Shown: positions 63,505 through 64,000 of the stretch, piece by piece
Layout of the letters: the number at the start of each line of letters is the position of its first letter
Numbering within the stretch: the first letter of the stretch is position 1
NCBI GenBank assembly: GCA_035652435.1
Contig: DASRDU010000099.1
Span: 416 to 64,415 of the forward strand
Reading direction: 5' to 3'
Source of the DNA: Blastocatellia bacterium
GTDB lineage: Bacteria > Acidobacteriota > Blastocatellia > RBC074
Length of the DNA stretch: 64,000 nucleotides
The notes under the pieces: generated by a model
Seen by the model: the letters and a program-made list of their open reading frames with translations, nothing else
The model's database searches: none
What the model was told of the DNA's origin: nothing
Made by a program: the position numbers and the translations under genes

Positions 63505-63572
63505 TCCGTCCCCATCAGAACGGTCGTGGCCCATCTTTGTTTTCATTATTACCATGCGAAGGAAGGAATATT

Positions 63573-64000
63573 GTGAGTCTTAAATTCGAAGTTGCCGTCG
63601 CCGATACGGCTGAAACCCAGAAAGATCTGACCATCGAGATCGCCGCCGAAGAAGTCCAGAAGGAATTCGACAAGACCTATGACTCTTACATGCGCTTCGC
63701 CGCCGTGCCGGGTTTTCGCCCGGGCCGCGTGCCCCGCGGGGTCATCAAACAGCGCTTCGGCAAGGACGCGCGCGACGCGGTGGTCGGTGAACTGCTGCCG
63801 CACGCGCTGCAACACGCGGTGGTGGATCGCAAGCTGCGCGTGGTCGGCGAACCGAAGATCAGCGATCTGGAAGTCAAAGAGGGCGCGCCGCTGAAATTCA
63901 AGGCCAGCATTGAGGTCGTCCCCGAATTCGAGTTGAAGCCTTACAAAGGGCTCAAGGTGACGAAGCGGGTCAGGAAGGTCACTGACGAAGACATTGACCA
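63573..64000 (+). CDS. tig: trigger factor, N-terminal (ribosome-binding) part; continues beyond the window
   Basis: GTG start after GGAAGGAA. The [17 protein letters not shown] signature matches the E. coli TF GFRKGKVP motif. There is no stop before the window end. Confidence 0.85.
   Translation, partial: MSLKFEVAVADTAETQKDLTIEIAAEEVQKEFDKTYDSYMRFAAVPGFRPGRVPRGVIKQRFGKDARDAVVGELLPHALQHAVVDRKLRVVGEPKISDLEVKEGAPLKFKASIEVVPEFELKPYKGLKVTKRVRKVTDEDID

Overview
High-GC (~65%) bacterial chromosomal segment of about 52 protein-coding genes, one tRNA, and no rRNA, CRISPR, transposase or integrase. The gene families present (ACIII-caa3 respiratory cluster, DUF1501 plus DUF1549/DUF1553 pair, PSCyt-like cytochrome, FGE-sulfatase-fused Ser/Thr kinases, sigma-54 regulator) point to Acidobacteriota or a similar phylum; this is inference only.

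What is in the window:
- Core respiratory locus (27.1-42.0 kb): a promoter-like element followed by actABCDEF (Alternative Complex III), a small unassigned membrane protein, an SCO1/SenC copper chaperone, caa3-type cytochrome c oxidase subunits II, I, III and IV, and heme O synthase ctaB. All 13 are co-directional and tightly spaced.
- Other recognisable genes: argF, murJ, an APH-like phosphotransferase, a DASS anion transporter, an M48 peptidase, a translationally coupled GH116-yjjX-D-aminoacylase operon, MOFRL glycerate kinase, a glycosyltransferase family 2 enzyme (TIGR04283 type), a MOSC protein, a fused E1 alpha/beta 2-oxoacid dehydrogenase, DUF2721, rnhA, DUF480, a sigma-54-dependent response regulator and a separated sensor histidine kinase, DinB, a cupin, a CPBP protease, pckA, an aldo/keto reductase, a CysQ/IMPase-family phosphatase, ExbD/TolR, a PLDc_N mini-protein, GatB/YqeY and the 5' part of tig.

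Most interesting observations:
1. A Ser/Thr-kinase signalling island (42.7-50.0 kb). It holds a membrane kinase with an extracytoplasmic FGE-sulfatase domain, a secreted DUF4384-like protein, a second kinase with a DUF4384-like ectodomain, a ~620-nt noncoding leader with a perfect 34-bp inverted repeat, and a start-less FGE-domain gene that looks like the severed 3' fragment of a paralogous kinase-FGE gene, abutting a Uma2-family endonuclease gene.
2. A heptamer-based ((A/C)TTGCGG) palindromic mini-element in three copies, two of them in-frame inside coding sequence (murJ 5' end and the APH-like gene).
3. A near-consensus sigma-54 promoter in front of a two-CxxCH PSCyt-like protein, divergent from the DUF1549/DUF1553-DUF1501 pair. 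The DUF1501 protein carries an unusual HHH/CxxC N-terminal extension.
4. A shared TGTCAG...TCTGTGACT palindromic motif downstream of the act promoter and upstream of the APH-like gene.
5. An AT-rich patch covering the cytochrome c domain of oxidase subunit II, and a separate AT-rich orphan-gene island.
6. A tRNA with anticodon UAG that has a 74-nt class-I architecture, atypical for bacterial tRNA-Leu.

Limits: the first ~2 kb could not be resolved into convincing genes. Hand-derived coordinates may be off by 1-2 nt.
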